Shown here: positions 40,747 through 51,205 of the stretch, in pieces
Numbering within the stretch: position 1 is the first letter of the stretch
Layout: the number at the start of each line of letters is the position of its first letter
DNA from: an uncultured Gammaproteobacteria bacterium
GTDB taxonomy: Bacteria; Patescibacteriota; Microgenomatia; CAYXHB01
Direction of reading: 5' to 3'
Length of the DNA: 64,000 nt
NCBI GenBank assembly: GCA_964561945.1
Contig: CAZLQM010000001.1
Span: 25,655 to 89,654 of the forward strand
Position numbers and translations under genes: made by a program
The notes under the pieces: generated by a model
The model's database searches: none
What the model saw: the letters and a program-made list of their open reading frames with translations, nothing else
Told to the model about the DNA's origin: nothing

Positions 40747-41016
40747 TTATTTGGAGAGTCCAAGTTTGCCAATTATTGTTTGATAGCGATCTAGATTTTT
40801 GGTCATGAGGTAGTGTAACAAACGGCGTCTTTTGGAAACCATTGAAAGCAAGCCTTTACGCGAATGAACATCTTTCTTATGTTCTCGGAGATGCTCGGCG
40901 AGTTTGTCAATTTTAGCACTAAGAAGTGCAACTTGAACTTCTGGGCTACCAGTGTCGCCAGACCCGGTGGAGTATTCGGTAATTATTTTTTGTTTTTGGT
41001 CAACTAGAAGTGACAT
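40747..41016 (-). CDS. rpsO: 30S ribosomal protein S15
   Basis: [23 protein letters not shown]. Confidence 0.97.
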   Translation of the reverse strand: MSLLVDQKQKIITEYSTGSGDTGSPEVQVALLSAKIDKLAEHLREHKKDVHSRKGLLSMVSKRRRLLHYLMTKNLDRYQTIIGKLGLSK

Positions 41017-41027
41017 ATTATTATTAG

Positions 41028-41924
41028 TTATTGAACTTCACGTATTGTATCAGGTACGGGCTTGGTTGGCAAATTGGCCATGTGATCGATGTTGCCTTTA
41101 ATCCACTTAGGGATAGGCTTGTTGGTTTTTGGGGTTTGCTGATTATTAGGTCGAGAAGGAATTGTGGCATTTGAGGTTGTTGTGAGTGGGGTAAAACTGC
41201 GATAATTACGAGTGCCTCCTGCATTGAGACACTCGGCTGTCATGGTAAAAACTTCCGAAGGGAGATCGGGATTGGCAAATCTTTCAGTTCGGTTTTCTAA
41301 GCCCGTAAGTAACAAGGTAGCGATAGTTGGTTCTAGTTTGATTTGAAGGGACTTGAATAACTGCCAAATAACGAAGGTAAGTGACGGTGCGGAAGGATTG
41401 GGATATTCTTGAATACGGGGATCTGGTTGAAGTTTTTCGGAGGTAGAGAATCTAGTGGTAATTAATTTGTTTTGGGTTAGTTGTTTGAGTTCAGAATTAT
41501 TGATAGCCTCGCGGGAAGCACCAATTAAAATAACTAAGTCGGCATCTACGCCTGTATAACTAAATTCCATTTGGGAGATGTCTAAAGGTTGAGAGTTGGT
41601 TTTGGTTTGAATGATGATGGCAAATCTGCCCTTATCACGTTGAGCTTCGGTCATGACTTGAGACACAGAATCTTGCGCGTCTGGCCAAGAGATAATGATG
41701 TTTTTGCCCTTAATTTCTGATTGAATCATCGATTGAGCTGGTAATTGCCACTCTTGATGGGCATGGCCAAGAATCGAGATCTGTTTGCCCTTGGCTTTGA
41801 AACCGAGAGCCAAGGCAAGAGCTGTGCAAGCCTGATCAAGCAAGGCATTGGCTGGAAGTACGATAACTATGCTATTTGATTGGGTAATCTTGGTTAGTAG
41901 TGATTCTTGAGAAAGACTGTCCAT
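41028..41924 (-). CDS. DHH-fold protein with degenerate catalytic motifs
   Basis: NrnA-like N-terminus and APSLT...IATLLLTGL segments, but no DxD, DHH or DTG motif. Sits at the usual nrnA position between infB and rpsO. Confidence 0.65.
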   Translation of the reverse strand: MDSLSQESLLTKITQSNSIVIVLPANALLDQACTALALALGFKAKGKQISILGHAHQEWQLPAQSMIQSEIKGKNIIISWPDAQDSVSQVMTEAQRDKGRFAIIIQTKTNSQPLDISQMEFSYTGVDADLVILIGASREAINNSELKQLTQNKLITTRFSTSEKLQPDPRIQEYPNPSAPSLTFVIWQLFKSLQIKLEPTIATLLLTGLENRTERFANPDLPSEVFTMTAECLNAGGTRNYRSFTPLTTTSNATIPSRPNNQQTPKTNKPIPKWIKGNIDHMANLPTKPVPDTIREVQ

Positions 41925-41977
41925 CTTTGTAGTTTTTGGATTATATGATAGATGTAAGTGAGAAAGAATATATGATT

Positions 41978-43414
41978 CTAGCTAGATTTGGCAGGAAGTT
42001 TCTTAGGTTTGAATGCAATTAAGTTATCACCTACTCGGAAATCAATATAGGGCGAAAACACACAGCCAAATTCTTGATTGAGAGCAACTTTGGAAACTGG
42101 GTTTTTGGCTTGTTTGAGACTGGAAATACGGCTAGTGCCGACGTTAGTTTGATTGCGAATCAAATCAACTTGGATATCATCTAAAATTTCACCTTCGGTT
42201 ACTTTGCAACCTGCGATGCGATGTTTGTCTATTTTGAATTCGGCGTTGATGTCTGCTTTGCCGATTATGTCACGATCATAATAAGGATCTATAGTGCGAT
42301 TGTATAGTTCGTCAATGTATTCATATAATTCATAGATAATATTAAATGACTTGACGGTTACTTTTTCGGCCTCTGCCACTCGGATAACCTGATTAGGAAC
42401 TAAGACGGAAAATGCGACGATGAAAGCACCAGCACTCTTGGCCAAGGAAATATCCCCTGGGGTCACGTCGCCCACTGTGGACGAGAAAATGGTTACTCCT
42501 TGAGGAATAATTGTTTGGATAGCTTCAAGTGAGCCTTGTGCATCTGCCTTGATGATACAAGTGAGTACCGGCTTTATAGGTTCATTTCTGCTTTGGTTGG
42601 GAGATGTTTCTTGAGATGAAGTCGAGGAAAGAACCGCACCAACTTGAGGTATGGAATCCCAACCCATAATTTGAACTGGAGTACTGGGAAGAGCTTCTTT
42701 GAGACTTTTGCCAAGATGATCGGTTAGTGATTTGACTTTGGCTTGAGCTTGGTGAGCGTAGATTGTGTCCCTGACCTTGAGAGTACCCTCGGTTATTACT
42801 GCTGTGGCGATAATCCCTCGATGGGGATCTTTTTGGGATTCGATAATGACTCCCGAAATATCAGACTTAGGGTCAGCCTTTAGATCAGTAAGCTGAGCGA
42901 CTAAAAGTAGAGTTTCAAGTAATGTATCTATGCCTTTGCCTGAAACACTAGAAACTTCGACGACAGGAATGTCCCCGCCAAATCCTTCAACTAAACACCC
43001 TTGTTCGGCTAGTTCTTGTTTGGCTCTGGTGGGATTGGCAGTGGCGATATCACTTTTGGTTAGGGCCACAATATAAGGAACTTGAGCCTGCTTGATATGA
43101 TCTAAGGATTCTTTGGTTTGAGGCTTGACCCCTTCTGTGGCGGCAACAACTAAGATTACGATATCAGCCACTTTGCCCCCGCGAGAACGCATTTGCGAAA
43201 AGGCAGCATGACCTGGTGTGTCAATAAAGGTAATTTTGTGAGATTGGTGTTGGGGATCTTTAACTTCAACTTGGTAAGCTCCGATATGCTGAGTAATTCC
43301 CCCGTGTTCTTTTTGGGCAACTTTAGTTTTGCGGATATAATCCAATAACGAAGTTTTGCCATGATCTACATGGCCCATAATTGTAACGATTGGGGGTCTT
43401 GAGATAGCTGTCAT
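41978..43414 (-). CDS. infB: Translation initiation factor IF-2 (minimal, no N-terminal domains)
   Basis: RPPIVTIMGHVDHGKT, GGITQHIGAY, DTPGHAAF, KADAQGSLEA, IIYEL. Confidence 0.95.
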   Translation of the reverse strand: MTAISRPPIVTIMGHVDHGKTSLLDYIRKTKVAQKEHGGITQHIGAYQVEVKDPQHQSHKITFIDTPGHAAFSQMRSRGGKVADIVILVVAATEGVKPQTKESLDHIKQAQVPYIVALTKSDIATANPTRAKQELAEQGCLVEGFGGDIPVVEVSSVSGKGIDTLLETLLLVAQLTDLKADPKSDISGVIIESQKDPHRGIIATAVITEGTLKVRDTIYAHQAQAKVKSLTDHLGKSLKEALPSTPVQIMGWDSIPQVGAVLSSTSSQETSPNQSRNEPIKPVLTCIIKADAQGSLEAIQTIIPQGVTIFSSTVGDVTPGDISLAKSAGAFIVAFSVLVPNQVIRVAEAEKVTVKSFNIIYELYEYIDELYNRTIDPYYDRDIIGKADINAEFKIDKHRIAGCKVTEGEILDDIQVDLIRNQTNVGTSRISSLKQAKNPVSKVALNQEFGCVFSPYIDFRVGDNLIAFKPKKLPAKSS

Positions 43415-43472
43415 GTTTTTTATAAATTTGGGAAATAACGCTTAAAATTGAAATGGAGTGCGGGATAGAGAT

Positions 43473-44555
43473 TTAATCTAGCTCTTTTGGATCGGCTTGG
43501 GACGGTTCTTGGTCATCATCTGCTTCAACAGTGGCAGATTCTGCACTCCGTGAGGATTCTGGTTTGATACCAGAGGCTCCTACGACATCAAGTTTATACC
43601 CTGTAAGTTTTGCAGCCAAGCGTACGTTTTGACCGTCTTTGCCAATGGCCAGAGAGAGTTGGTCATCAGGAACGGTAACTAGGGCAGTAAGTTCTTCGTC
43701 ATTAACGAGAACAGATTGGACAGTGGCTGGTGACATGGCCGCAGCGATAAAACGAGATGCATCGGCGTTGTATTCGATGATGTCGATTTTTTCGCCCTTG
43801 AGTTCGTTGATTACAGCTTGGACTCGGACGCCTTTTTGACCGACGCACGAGCCAACAGGATCAACTCCTTGTTGAGATGAGAAGACTGCCATCTTGGTGC
43901 GAGCTCCAGCCTCACGAGCAATGGACTTGACCTCAACGTTGCCAGAGTTAACCTCGGGGACTTCACGTTTGAAAAGTTGTACTACCAAATTCTTGTGAGC
44001 ACGAGAGAGAATTATTTCTTCTCCACGGATGGTTTCTTTGATTGATTCAATATAAAAAACCAAGCGTTGATTAAGCTCATAATCTTCGCTGATGACTTGT
44101 TCGTATTGAGGCATGAAGCCTTCGGCCTTGCCTAAATCAACGATGATATTATGACCGTCAATTCTCATGATCATCCCGTTGACTATTGATCCTACACGCT
44201 CCTTGTAAGCTGCGATGATAACTGATTTTTCAGCTTCCCGCATTTTTTGGATAATTACTTGCTTGGCAGTTTGTGCTGCGATGCGACCAAATCCAGGAGG
44301 GGTAACGTCTTTCATTTTGCCTGGGTTATCTGGATCTGCGGTTGTCATCATGATCCCACCGTTTACTGGATCTACGTCAACTTTGTATTCAATGGATTCG
44401 TCGATTTCTTCACCGCGTTCCTTGGCATCTTTTTGGAATGCAGCCACGATGGAAGACTCGATAGCACCAAGAACCATCTCGGGATCAATGCCCCTGTCGT
44501 TAGCCAATTGGTTAACGGCGGCGGCGAATTCTGTACGTGCGATTACTTTGGCCAT
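43473..44555 (-). CDS. nusA: Transcription factor NusA
   Basis: FGRIAAQTAKQ, S1, KH (REAGARTK, AIGKDGQNVRLA). Start at ATG 44555. Confidence 0.96.
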   Translation of the reverse strand: MAKVIARTEFAAAVNQLANDRGIDPEMVLGAIESSIVAAFQKDAKERGEEIDESIEYKVDVDPVNGGIMMTTADPDNPGKMKDVTPPGFGRIAAQTAKQVIIQKMREAEKSVIIAAYKERVGSIVNGMIMRIDGHNIIVDLGKAEGFMPQYEQVISEDYELNQRLVFYIESIKETIRGEEIILSRAHKNLVVQLFKREVPEVNSGNVEVKSIAREAGARTKMAVFSSQQGVDPVGSCVGQKGVRVQAVINELKGEKIDIIEYNADASRFIAAAMSPATVQSVLVNDEELTALVTVPDDQLSLAIGKDGQNVRLAAKLTGYKLDVVGASGIKPESSRSAESATVEADDDQEPSQADPKELD

Positions 44556-44575
44556 ATTATTTTTGTTACAGCAAT

Positions 44576-44647
44576 AAAAAAGGTGGGAAAACGCCCACCC
44601 TAATGCTCTTAGCGTGTAGTTTACCACTAGGATGGATTTGGAGTCAA
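44576..44647 (-). promoter_or_regulatory. nusA promoter plus leader hairpin and U-tract (attenuator)
   Basis: TTGACT, 18 nt, TAAACT, then GGTGGG-cgtttt-CCCACC followed by a T tract, 20 nt before the nusA ATG. Confidence 0.7.
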
Positions 44648-45177
44648 ATAATGTACAAATCAAATTGTAAAAATGTTGGAGGTATGTGAAGTAGAACCAT
44701 TGGTAGCAAAACCGTCGGCTGTGTGGGAATAACTACTTCCGCGAGTGCGATACAGACTGCCAGACATGGCTACACAAAATAACTAGGCGTTTCACGATTA
44801 GATCCCTTCTCAAGATAAGTGGGTAGATGTGAACTCGCGATAGAATAACAAAAAACAGTATTCAATAGGCACTCTCCTTATGAATAGATATGAAGTGAAC
44901 TACACTTCCTGATTAGAATTCTTGGGCGGGTTAAGAAGAGGTTTGACAACAATTGATTCAAAATCTAAGTTTAAAATTTGTGCATATTCGCAAGTAATAA
45001 CCTCAAATTCTTCGATATATCTTTTATTGTCTACAAAATTTATGGTTCACTAATATCTTCTTCCATATTTTAGAAATAAATAATCAAATTAATAACAAGA
45101 TATCTTGTACAGATTATTTATTAAATTTTGTGTGGAAATATAATGAGCAAGACACCTGACGTAAACAGAGGGGAGGT

Positions 45178-46050
45178 CTAAGTAGCTTTATCAAACTGTT
45201 CGATGAGTTGGCGTTGTTTTTTTGAAATATTATCGGGAATATCAACAAGAATACGTACATATTGGTTGCCCCGACCTGATCGATTAAGAAATGGCACTCC
45301 TTGGCCTTGGAGTCTGATCATGCTATGAGATTGAGTACCAGCGCGGATTTTGATTTTGAGTTCGCCGTCCACGGTAGGAACTTTAGTAGTTGTCCCTAAA
45401 ATAGCGTCTGAAATACTAATATGATGATCAATATATATATCTTGACCCTCGCGTTTGAATGTGGGATGAGAACCAACGTCGATAGTGACATCAAAGTCCG
45501 TGAATCTTAATCTGGTTCCATCTGATGCACCTTTAGGAATTTTGATGGTGTGTTCTTTGCCTTGGATAACAACCTTCTTCTCTCCTCCATTGACTGCATC
45601 CATGAAATCTACCTTAAGAGAATAGTGATCACGTGGCGCGGATTGGCGACCAAATGGTGAACCGCCACCGAAAAATTGCTCAAAGATCTCGAATGGATCT
45701 GTAAACTCTACATCACCAAAGGGGGAACCCCCTGAGAAGTTGGTTGAGTAGGAATAACTAAAAGGTCCAGTCTGAGCTCCGCGTTGATTGCCAAATCCAC
45801 CTGGAGGAAAACCCCCTGACCCTGGCGAAAAGGCTGCATGACCAAATTGATCATAAGTTTGGCGCTTCTGCGTGTCGGAGAGAACTTCGTAGGCGTGATT
45901 GATTTCTTTGAACTTGGCTTCTGCTTCGGGAGTCTTATTACGATCAGGATGCCACTCAAGGGCTTTCTTGCGATAAGCTTTTTTTATTTCTTCTGCTGTG
46001 GCTGTTTTGGTGACACCCAAGAGATCATAGTAATCTGATTTTGGAGGCAT
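45178..46050 (-). CDS. dnaJ: DnaJ-family co-chaperone, class B (no zinc finger)
   Basis: J domain with HPD, G/F-rich region, C-terminal domain, no CxxCxGxG repeats. Directly downstream of dnaK. Confidence 0.9.
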   Translation of the reverse strand: MPPKSDYYDLLGVTKTATAEEIKKAYRKKALEWHPDRNKTPEAEAKFKEINHAYEVLSDTQKRQTYDQFGHAAFSPGSGGFPPGGFGNQRGAQTGPFSYSYSTNFSGGSPFGDVEFTDPFEIFEQFFGGGSPFGRQSAPRDHYSLKVDFMDAVNGGEKKVVIQGKEHTIKIPKGASDGTRLRFTDFDVTIDVGSHPTFKREGQDIYIDHHISISDAILGTTTKVPTVDGELKIKIRAGTQSHSMIRLQGQGVPFLNRSGRGNQYVRILVDIPDNISKKQRQLIEQFDKAT

Positions 46051-46088
46051 ACCTATAAATATTAAAAACCTAAGTTGGCTAGAGAAAA

Positions 46089-48002
46089 TTAATCGCTGAC
46101 TACTTCGCCTTCTTCAGCTTGATCTTTGGAATCTGAAGTTGTGTCTGTTTTTTTGGTTTCGTCGGTAGATTTATCATCTGAGGTCTCGGGTGCGGATGCT
46201 GACGCTGCCGATTGCATAGCTGGACCGATTTTTTGCATGGCATCGGAGAGTTCTTTGGACTTGGTATCTATCTCTTCTTTAGAACCTGATTCCAAAATAC
46301 CTTTGAGACTAGATACTTTGTCTTGGACTTCTTTGATAAGTTCTTGAGGAATCTTATCTTTGGCGTCTTCGAGAGCTTTCTCGGCAGTGAAAATCATGGC
46401 TTCAGCCTGATTACGGGCTTCGATTTGGGCCTTCTTTTGCTCATCCTCCGCCTTGTATTTCTCGGCTTCGTCTTGAGCTTTTTTGACTTCTTCGTCACTA
46501 AGTCCAACCGCCCCTGTTATTGTAATGTGTTGTTCTTTGCCGCTGGTCTTATCTTTGGCGGAAACCTTGAGAATGCCGTTTGAATCAATGTCAAAGGTAA
46601 CTTCGATTTGAGGGACCCCACGAGGCGCAGGAGCAATGCCATCAAGTTTGAAGGTCCCCAAACTCTTATTATCTTGAGCCATAGGCCGCTCGCCTTGAAG
46701 GACGTGTACTTCTACGGAGGTTTGATTATCGGCAGCAGTTGAGAAAACTTCAGTCTTGGCTGTAGGAATAGTGGTATTGCGAGCAATCATGGGAGTGGCA
46801 ACTCCGCCGAGAGTCTCGATACTCATGGACAAAGGCGTGACGTCCAAGAGAAGAATATCAGTCACATCTCCTGCTAGCACACCTCCTTGAATCGCAGCAC
46901 CCACAGCCACAACTTCGTCTGGATTGACGCCTTTGTGAGGTTCTTTGTTAAAGAATTCTTTGACCACTTGTTGGACTTTGGGCATTCGAGTCATACCTCC
47001 AACTAGGATTACTTCATTGATGTCAGAAACTTTGAGATCGGCATCTTTGAGTGCAGCCTCAACTGGTTTCATGGTGTTGGCAATGAGATCTCCGATTAAT
47101 GATTCTAATTTGGCGCGAGTTAATTTGAGATTAAGATGCAAGGGGTTGCCTTCTTTGCTCTGGGTAATGTAGGGTTGGGAAATTTCGGTTTCTTGAGAAC
47201 TGGAAAGTTCGATCTTAGCTTTTTCGGCGGCATCACGAATTCTTTGAAGAGCTTGTTTGTCTGCTTTGAGATCGACACCGTTTTCTTTTTTGAATTCAGC
47301 AACTATCCAGTCAATAATGACTTCGTCAAAATCATCTCCGCCAAGATGTGTATCCCCGTTGGTTGATTTAACTTCGAATACACCATCGCCAATTTCGAGG
47401 ATGGAAATATCGAAAGTTCCGCCACCGAGATCATAGACAGCAATCTTTTGGTTGTTTTTCTTATCCAGACCGTAGGCTAAGGCCGCGGCTGTGGGTTCAT
47501 TGATAATCCTGTCTACTTTGAGTCCTGCAATTTCACCGGCCTGCTTGGTAGCTTGGCGCTGAGCATCGTCAAAATAAGCAGGAACGGTAATGACAGCTTG
47601 GCCAACTTTTTCACCTAGGAATTCTTCAGCGTGTTTTTTCATGGTAGAAAGAATGCGAGCTGAGATTTCTTGAGGAGTATAAACCTTACCATCGACCTCG
47701 ACTGCGGCCATGTCTTCTTTGCCTTCAACTATTTTGTAGGCAACAGTTTTTTTCATCTTCTCGACTTCTTTGTCTTGGTAACGTCTACCCATCAATCTTT
47801 TAACAGAGTAAAGAGTGTTGGCGGGATTGAGAATCATTTGGCGTTTGGCAACATCGCCGACTAAATTCTTAACTGGCTCGACAACAGAAGGAGTAGTGTT
47901 TTTGCCGGTGTCATGCGCAGGAATAACCTTGGGCTGACCGCCCTGCATAACTGCAACACAGCTGTTTGTGGTTCCGAGATCTATACCGATTATTTTTGAC
48001 AT
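46089..48002 (-). CDS. dnaK: Chaperone DnaK
   Basis: [31 protein letters not shown]. Confidence 0.99.
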   Translation of the reverse strand: MSKIIGIDLGTTNSCVAVMQGGQPKVIPAHDTGKNTTPSVVEPVKNLVGDVAKRQMILNPANTLYSVKRLMGRRYQDKEVEKMKKTVAYKIVEGKEDMAAVEVDGKVYTPQEISARILSTMKKHAEEFLGEKVGQAVITVPAYFDDAQRQATKQAGEIAGLKVDRIINEPTAAALAYGLDKKNNQKIAVYDLGGGTFDISILEIGDGVFEVKSTNGDTHLGGDDFDEVIIDWIVAEFKKENGVDLKADKQALQRIRDAAEKAKIELSSSQETEISQPYITQSKEGNPLHLNLKLTRAKLESLIGDLIANTMKPVEAALKDADLKVSDINEVILVGGMTRMPKVQQVVKEFFNKEPHKGVNPDEVVAVGAAIQGGVLAGDVTDILLLDVTPLSMSIETLGGVATPMIARNTTIPTAKTEVFSTAADNQTSVEVHVLQGERPMAQDNKSLGTFKLDGIAPAPRGVPQIEVTFDIDSNGILKVSAKDKTSGKEQHITITGAVGLSDEEVKKAQDEAEKYKAEDEQKKAQIEARNQAEAMIFTAEKALEDAKDKIPQELIKEVQDKVSSLKGILESGSKEEIDTKSKELSDAMQKIGPAMQSAASASAPETSDDKSTDETKKTDTTSDSKDQAEEGEVVSD

Positions 48003-48012
48003 ATTTTTTAGA

Positions 48013-48049
48013 TTAGCACCAATTTAACACGAGTGCTAAGTGGTGTCAA
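48013..48049 (-). promoter_or_regulatory. CIRCE and internal promoter for dnaK
   Basis: Plus strand TTAGCACCA-N9-GAGTGCTAA (48013-48039). Minus strand TTGACA (48049-48044), 17 nt, TAAATT (48026-48021). Overlaps the grpE stop codon. Confidence 0.88.
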
Positions 48050-48539
48050 GATGTTTTTTTGAGTCTGAGGATTCATCTGTTTGACGGAAGACAACGACTT
48101 GAGCTGGTCTGATAACTTGACCATCCTGCCACATTGCTCCTGACTGAACATTCTTGGCAATCGTTTCACTCGGGGCATCGGCTGACTGATCAAGATCAAC
48201 ACATTCGTGGAGTTGGGGATCAAATGGTTCACCTTGTGTGGGAGTGATGAAATTTATGCCTTGAGATTCGAGAGTTTGTTTGAGTTGTTTAGATATCATT
48301 ACAATTCCCGCATCCTGCCCATGCAGAGCCGCTAAATCTAGCGAATCGATTATGGGGAGTAATTCGATGATTAATGATTGATTTGCGTATTTGAGATACT
48401 CTTGGCGGTCTTTTTGGTGTTGGCGAATTAAGTTTTGGTAATCGGCTAAGGCTCGGGCATATTTGTCTTGCCAATCTGGCTGATTGGTTTCTAATGTTTC
48501 TTCGATTGGTGTGTTTTTGGTTTTAACTTGTTTATTCAT
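48036..48539 (-). CDS. grpE: Nucleotide exchange factor GrpE
   Basis: RALADYQN, LLPIIDSL, FDPQLHE, VIRPAQVVV. Confidence 0.95.
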   Translation of the reverse strand: MNKQVKTKNTPIEETLETNQPDWQDKYARALADYQNLIRQHQKDRQEYLKYANQSLIIELLPIIDSLDLAALHGQDAGIVMISKQLKQTLESQGINFITPTQGEPFDPQLHECVDLDQSADAPSETIAKNVQSGAMWQDGQVIRPAQVVVFRQTDESSDSKKHLDTT

Positions 48540-48550
48540 AAAAATTTTAT

Positions 48551-49285
48551 TTACCAGTCACGACCCAAATCTTCGAATAAATGTGAGTAGTAGCGTAACC
48601 AAGGAATTGATTGGCTGAAGTTCATACGAGCTGGTCCGATAACTCCAATGATGCCTGCTGATTGGCCGTTAATTTGGAACTGACTAAACAGCATGCCAAC
48701 AGGTTCGAGATAGGGCTCGTTTAGCTCTTCGCCGAAGACCACTTGGATTTCCTGAGAACTCATGTTTTGTTCGATAACTCGGACCATCCACGAGGGTAAG
48801 CTATCGGAAATAGATAGTACTTGGCGAGTAACGTCGATGTCAAAGAACTCAGGCATAGTGAGCAAGTATGAATATCCCGATGAGTACATAGGGCCACTTG
48901 CAAGAGAGACTATGGAAACGGTTTCAAGTTTGCGAGCTAGTGTCCGGCTGGCGGTTTGCATCATTTGATACATGTTGTGTCTTTGGTCCCAGATGCGTTC
49001 ACGAGTGGCAACTTCTTCGGCAACGGAAAGTTGGGACTCTTGCATAAGTTCATTAATGTAAAAGCGGAGCGCTCGAGCAGTGGGTACTCTGCCTGCGGAT
49101 GTGTGAGGCTGTTTGAGAAAACCCTCATGGATAAGTACTGCCATCTCGTTGCGAATGGTCGCGGGGGAAACACCTAAATTATACTTGCGCTCGAGTTGTT
49201 CGGAACCAACAGGAGCTGCAGTGTCAATGTATTCATCAATCACTGCTTTGAGGATACTTACTTGGCGAACTGACAAAAGAGACAT
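48551..49285 (-). CDS. hrcA: Heat-inducible repressor HrcA (short form)
   Basis: YIDTAAPVGS, SPATIRNEM, QPHTSAGRVPT, GVIGPARM. Confidence 0.95.
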   Translation of the reverse strand: MSLLSVRQVSILKAVIDEYIDTAAPVGSEQLERKYNLGVSPATIRNEMAVLIHEGFLKQPHTSAGRVPTARALRFYINELMQESQLSVAEEVATRERIWDQRHNMYQMMQTASRTLARKLETVSIVSLASGPMYSSGYSYLLTMPEFFDIDVTRQVLSISDSLPSWMVRVIEQNMSSQEIQVVFGEELNEPYLEPVGMLFSQFQINGQSAGIIGVIGPARMNFSQSIPWLRYYSHLFEDLGRDW

Positions 49286-49291
49286 AATGAG

Positions 49292-49331
49292 ATTCTAGCA
49301 ACAATTTAACATGAGTGCTAAAAGGAGTCAA
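49292..49331 (-). promoter_or_regulatory. CIRCE and promoter of hrcA
   Basis: Minus strand TTAGCACTC-N9-TGTTGCTAG (49321-49295). TTGACT, 17 nt, TAAATT, and also TGcTAGAAT 6 nt before the ATG. Confidence 0.85.
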
Positions 49332-49348
49332 GTTTGTTTGAACTTAGG

Positions 49349-51127
49349 CTATTGCATCAGCTTGAGGAAGGTATCGGGCATGACTGAAACTTTGCCGAGC
49401 TGTTTCATTTTGCGTTTACCTTTTTTTTGTTTTTTGAGGAGTTTGTCTTTACGAGTTTGGTCACCTCCATATAGCTTGGCGGTGACGTCTTTGCGGAAGG
49501 GTTTGACAGTAGATCTAGCTATGACTTTGGCTCCGACAACAGCCTGAATAGCGACTTCGAATTGATGTCGGGGAATTAGCTGTGAGAGCTTATCTACAAT
49601 GGCTCGGCCCGTCGACTCGAGTCGGTCTTTGGGCACGATTTGAGAAAGGATAGAGATTTTTTCGCCTGCGAGGAGAATTTCAAGTTTGGATAAATTGGCT
49701 TCCTGCCAATCAAGTAATTCGTAATCAAGACTAGCGTAGCCAGATGAAATAGATTTGAGGCGTGAATAAAACTCACCCACCATTTCAGCCAAAGGCATAA
49801 TAAATTCTAATTGGACTTGTTTGCCAAGGCTGTGGGTTGTTGAGTGTTTGGCACGTTTGGACCTCATTAAGTCCATAATTGGGCCCATGTAGTCTAAAGG
49901 AGTGAAAATTGTGACTCTTAACATCGGTTCAAGAATCGAATCAAATTGACCCGGTTCGGGTAAATCATTAGGGCTGTAAATTATTTCTGTTTGACCTTTG
50001 GTGACAATTTTATAGGTAACGGTTGGGGTGGTAGCAATAACCGTAAGATTAAATTCACGTTCTAATCTTTCTTGGACAATCTCTGCATGGAGCAAGCCTA
50101 GAAATCCAATGCGATATCCATGACCTAGGAGAGCAGATGATTCCTCAGTGTATGTCAAGCTGGAATCACTTAGAGTGAGTCTATCCAAAGCCTGAGTCAG
50201 ATTTACGAAGTCACCTGCGTCGATGGGGTAAAGGGAAACAAAAACCATAGGCACTGGAAGTTTGTACCCTGGTAAGGGCGAGATATTTTGCTTGGCAAAT
50301 TGAGTCAGGGTCAAAGTGTCACCGATTTTGACTTGATGAGGATCCTTGAGACCGGTGATTATGTAACCAACTTCACCTGTTTGGAGAGCAGAGACGGGGA
50401 TGCTTTGTAAATTATAGATGCCAATTTCTTGAGAAAGAGTGTTTTGTTTACTGTTAAGAAGAGTCAGGCTGACGTTGTTGGGGATAACGCCATCGAAAAC
50501 CCGAACCCACGCTCTAACACCTTGGTGATGAAGATACTCTGAGTTAAAAACCAAAGCGCGAGTAATGTCTGAACTTGAAGACGGTGGTGGAACTTGTTGA
50601 ACCACGCGATGAAGAAGGTCTTGAACCCCTTGGCCAGATTTGGCGGAGATATGAGCCACATCCAAATCTGTAAGTTCTAGAACTTCGATCATTTGCATTA
50701 GAACTCCTTCAACATCAGCCCCTGGTAAATCAACCTTATTTATAACAGGGATGATTTTGAGGTTTAGACTTTTGGCTTGACGAAAATGAGCTAAGGTTTG
50801 CGCCTGAACTCCCTGAGTAGCATCAACCAAAAGAATAGCCCCTTCACAAGCAGCCAGAGCTCGATTGACTTCGTAAGAAAAATCTACATGACCAGGGGTA
50901 TCAATTAAATTGAGAGTGTAATCTTGTCCTTGATATTGATAGTGCATGGTCACGGGAGCCAATTTGATAGTAATCCCACGCTCTTTTTCGATAGGATTAG
51001 AATCTAGAGTTTGAGATTGAGCGTGTTTAACTAGTCCTGTTAGTTCTAAGAATCTATCAGCTAAGGTCGACTTACCGTGATCCACATGAGCGATAATTGC
51101 AAAGTTGCGAATGTGTGAGATTGACAT
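49349..51127 (-). CDS. lepA: Elongation factor 4 (LepA)
   Basis: IAHVDHGKST, ERGITIK, DTPGHVDF, GFLGLLH, KLYGGD. Confidence 0.97.
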   Translation of the reverse strand: MSISHIRNFAIIAHVDHGKSTLADRFLELTGLVKHAQSQTLDSNPIEKERGITIKLAPVTMHYQYQGQDYTLNLIDTPGHVDFSYEVNRALAACEGAILLVDATQGVQAQTLAHFRQAKSLNLKIIPVINKVDLPGADVEGVLMQMIEVLELTDLDVAHISAKSGQGVQDLLHRVVQQVPPPSSSSDITRALVFNSEYLHHQGVRAWVRVFDGVIPNNVSLTLLNSKQNTLSQEIGIYNLQSIPVSALQTGEVGYIITGLKDPHQVKIGDTLTLTQFAKQNISPLPGYKLPVPMVFVSLYPIDAGDFVNLTQALDRLTLSDSSLTYTEESSALLGHGYRIGFLGLLHAEIVQERLEREFNLTVIATTPTVTYKIVTKGQTEIIYSPNDLPEPGQFDSILEPMLRVTIFTPLDYMGPIMDLMRSKRAKHSTTHSLGKQVQLEFIMPLAEMVGEFYSRLKSISSGYASLDYELLDWQEANLSKLEILLAGEKISILSQIVPKDRLESTGRAIVDKLSQLIPRHQFEVAIQAVVGAKVIARSTVKPFRKDVTAKLYGGDQTRKDKLLKKQKKGKRKMKQLGKVSVMPDTFLKLMQ

Positions 51128-51205
51128 AATAGTAGTTTGGGATCGCTTGGGTAGAATTAGTTAAAGGAGAATACGTGAGGCTATTCTAACATGAGATAAG
51201 GAGAA

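Noticed and set aside
44677-44909. tRNA/tmRNA-like ends on the minus strand (GGAAGTGTAGTTCA... and ...GTTCTACT...CTCCA)
   Set aside because: The T-stem does not pair, and I found no D or anticodon arm and no tag reading frame. Kept only as a generic ncRNA candidate.
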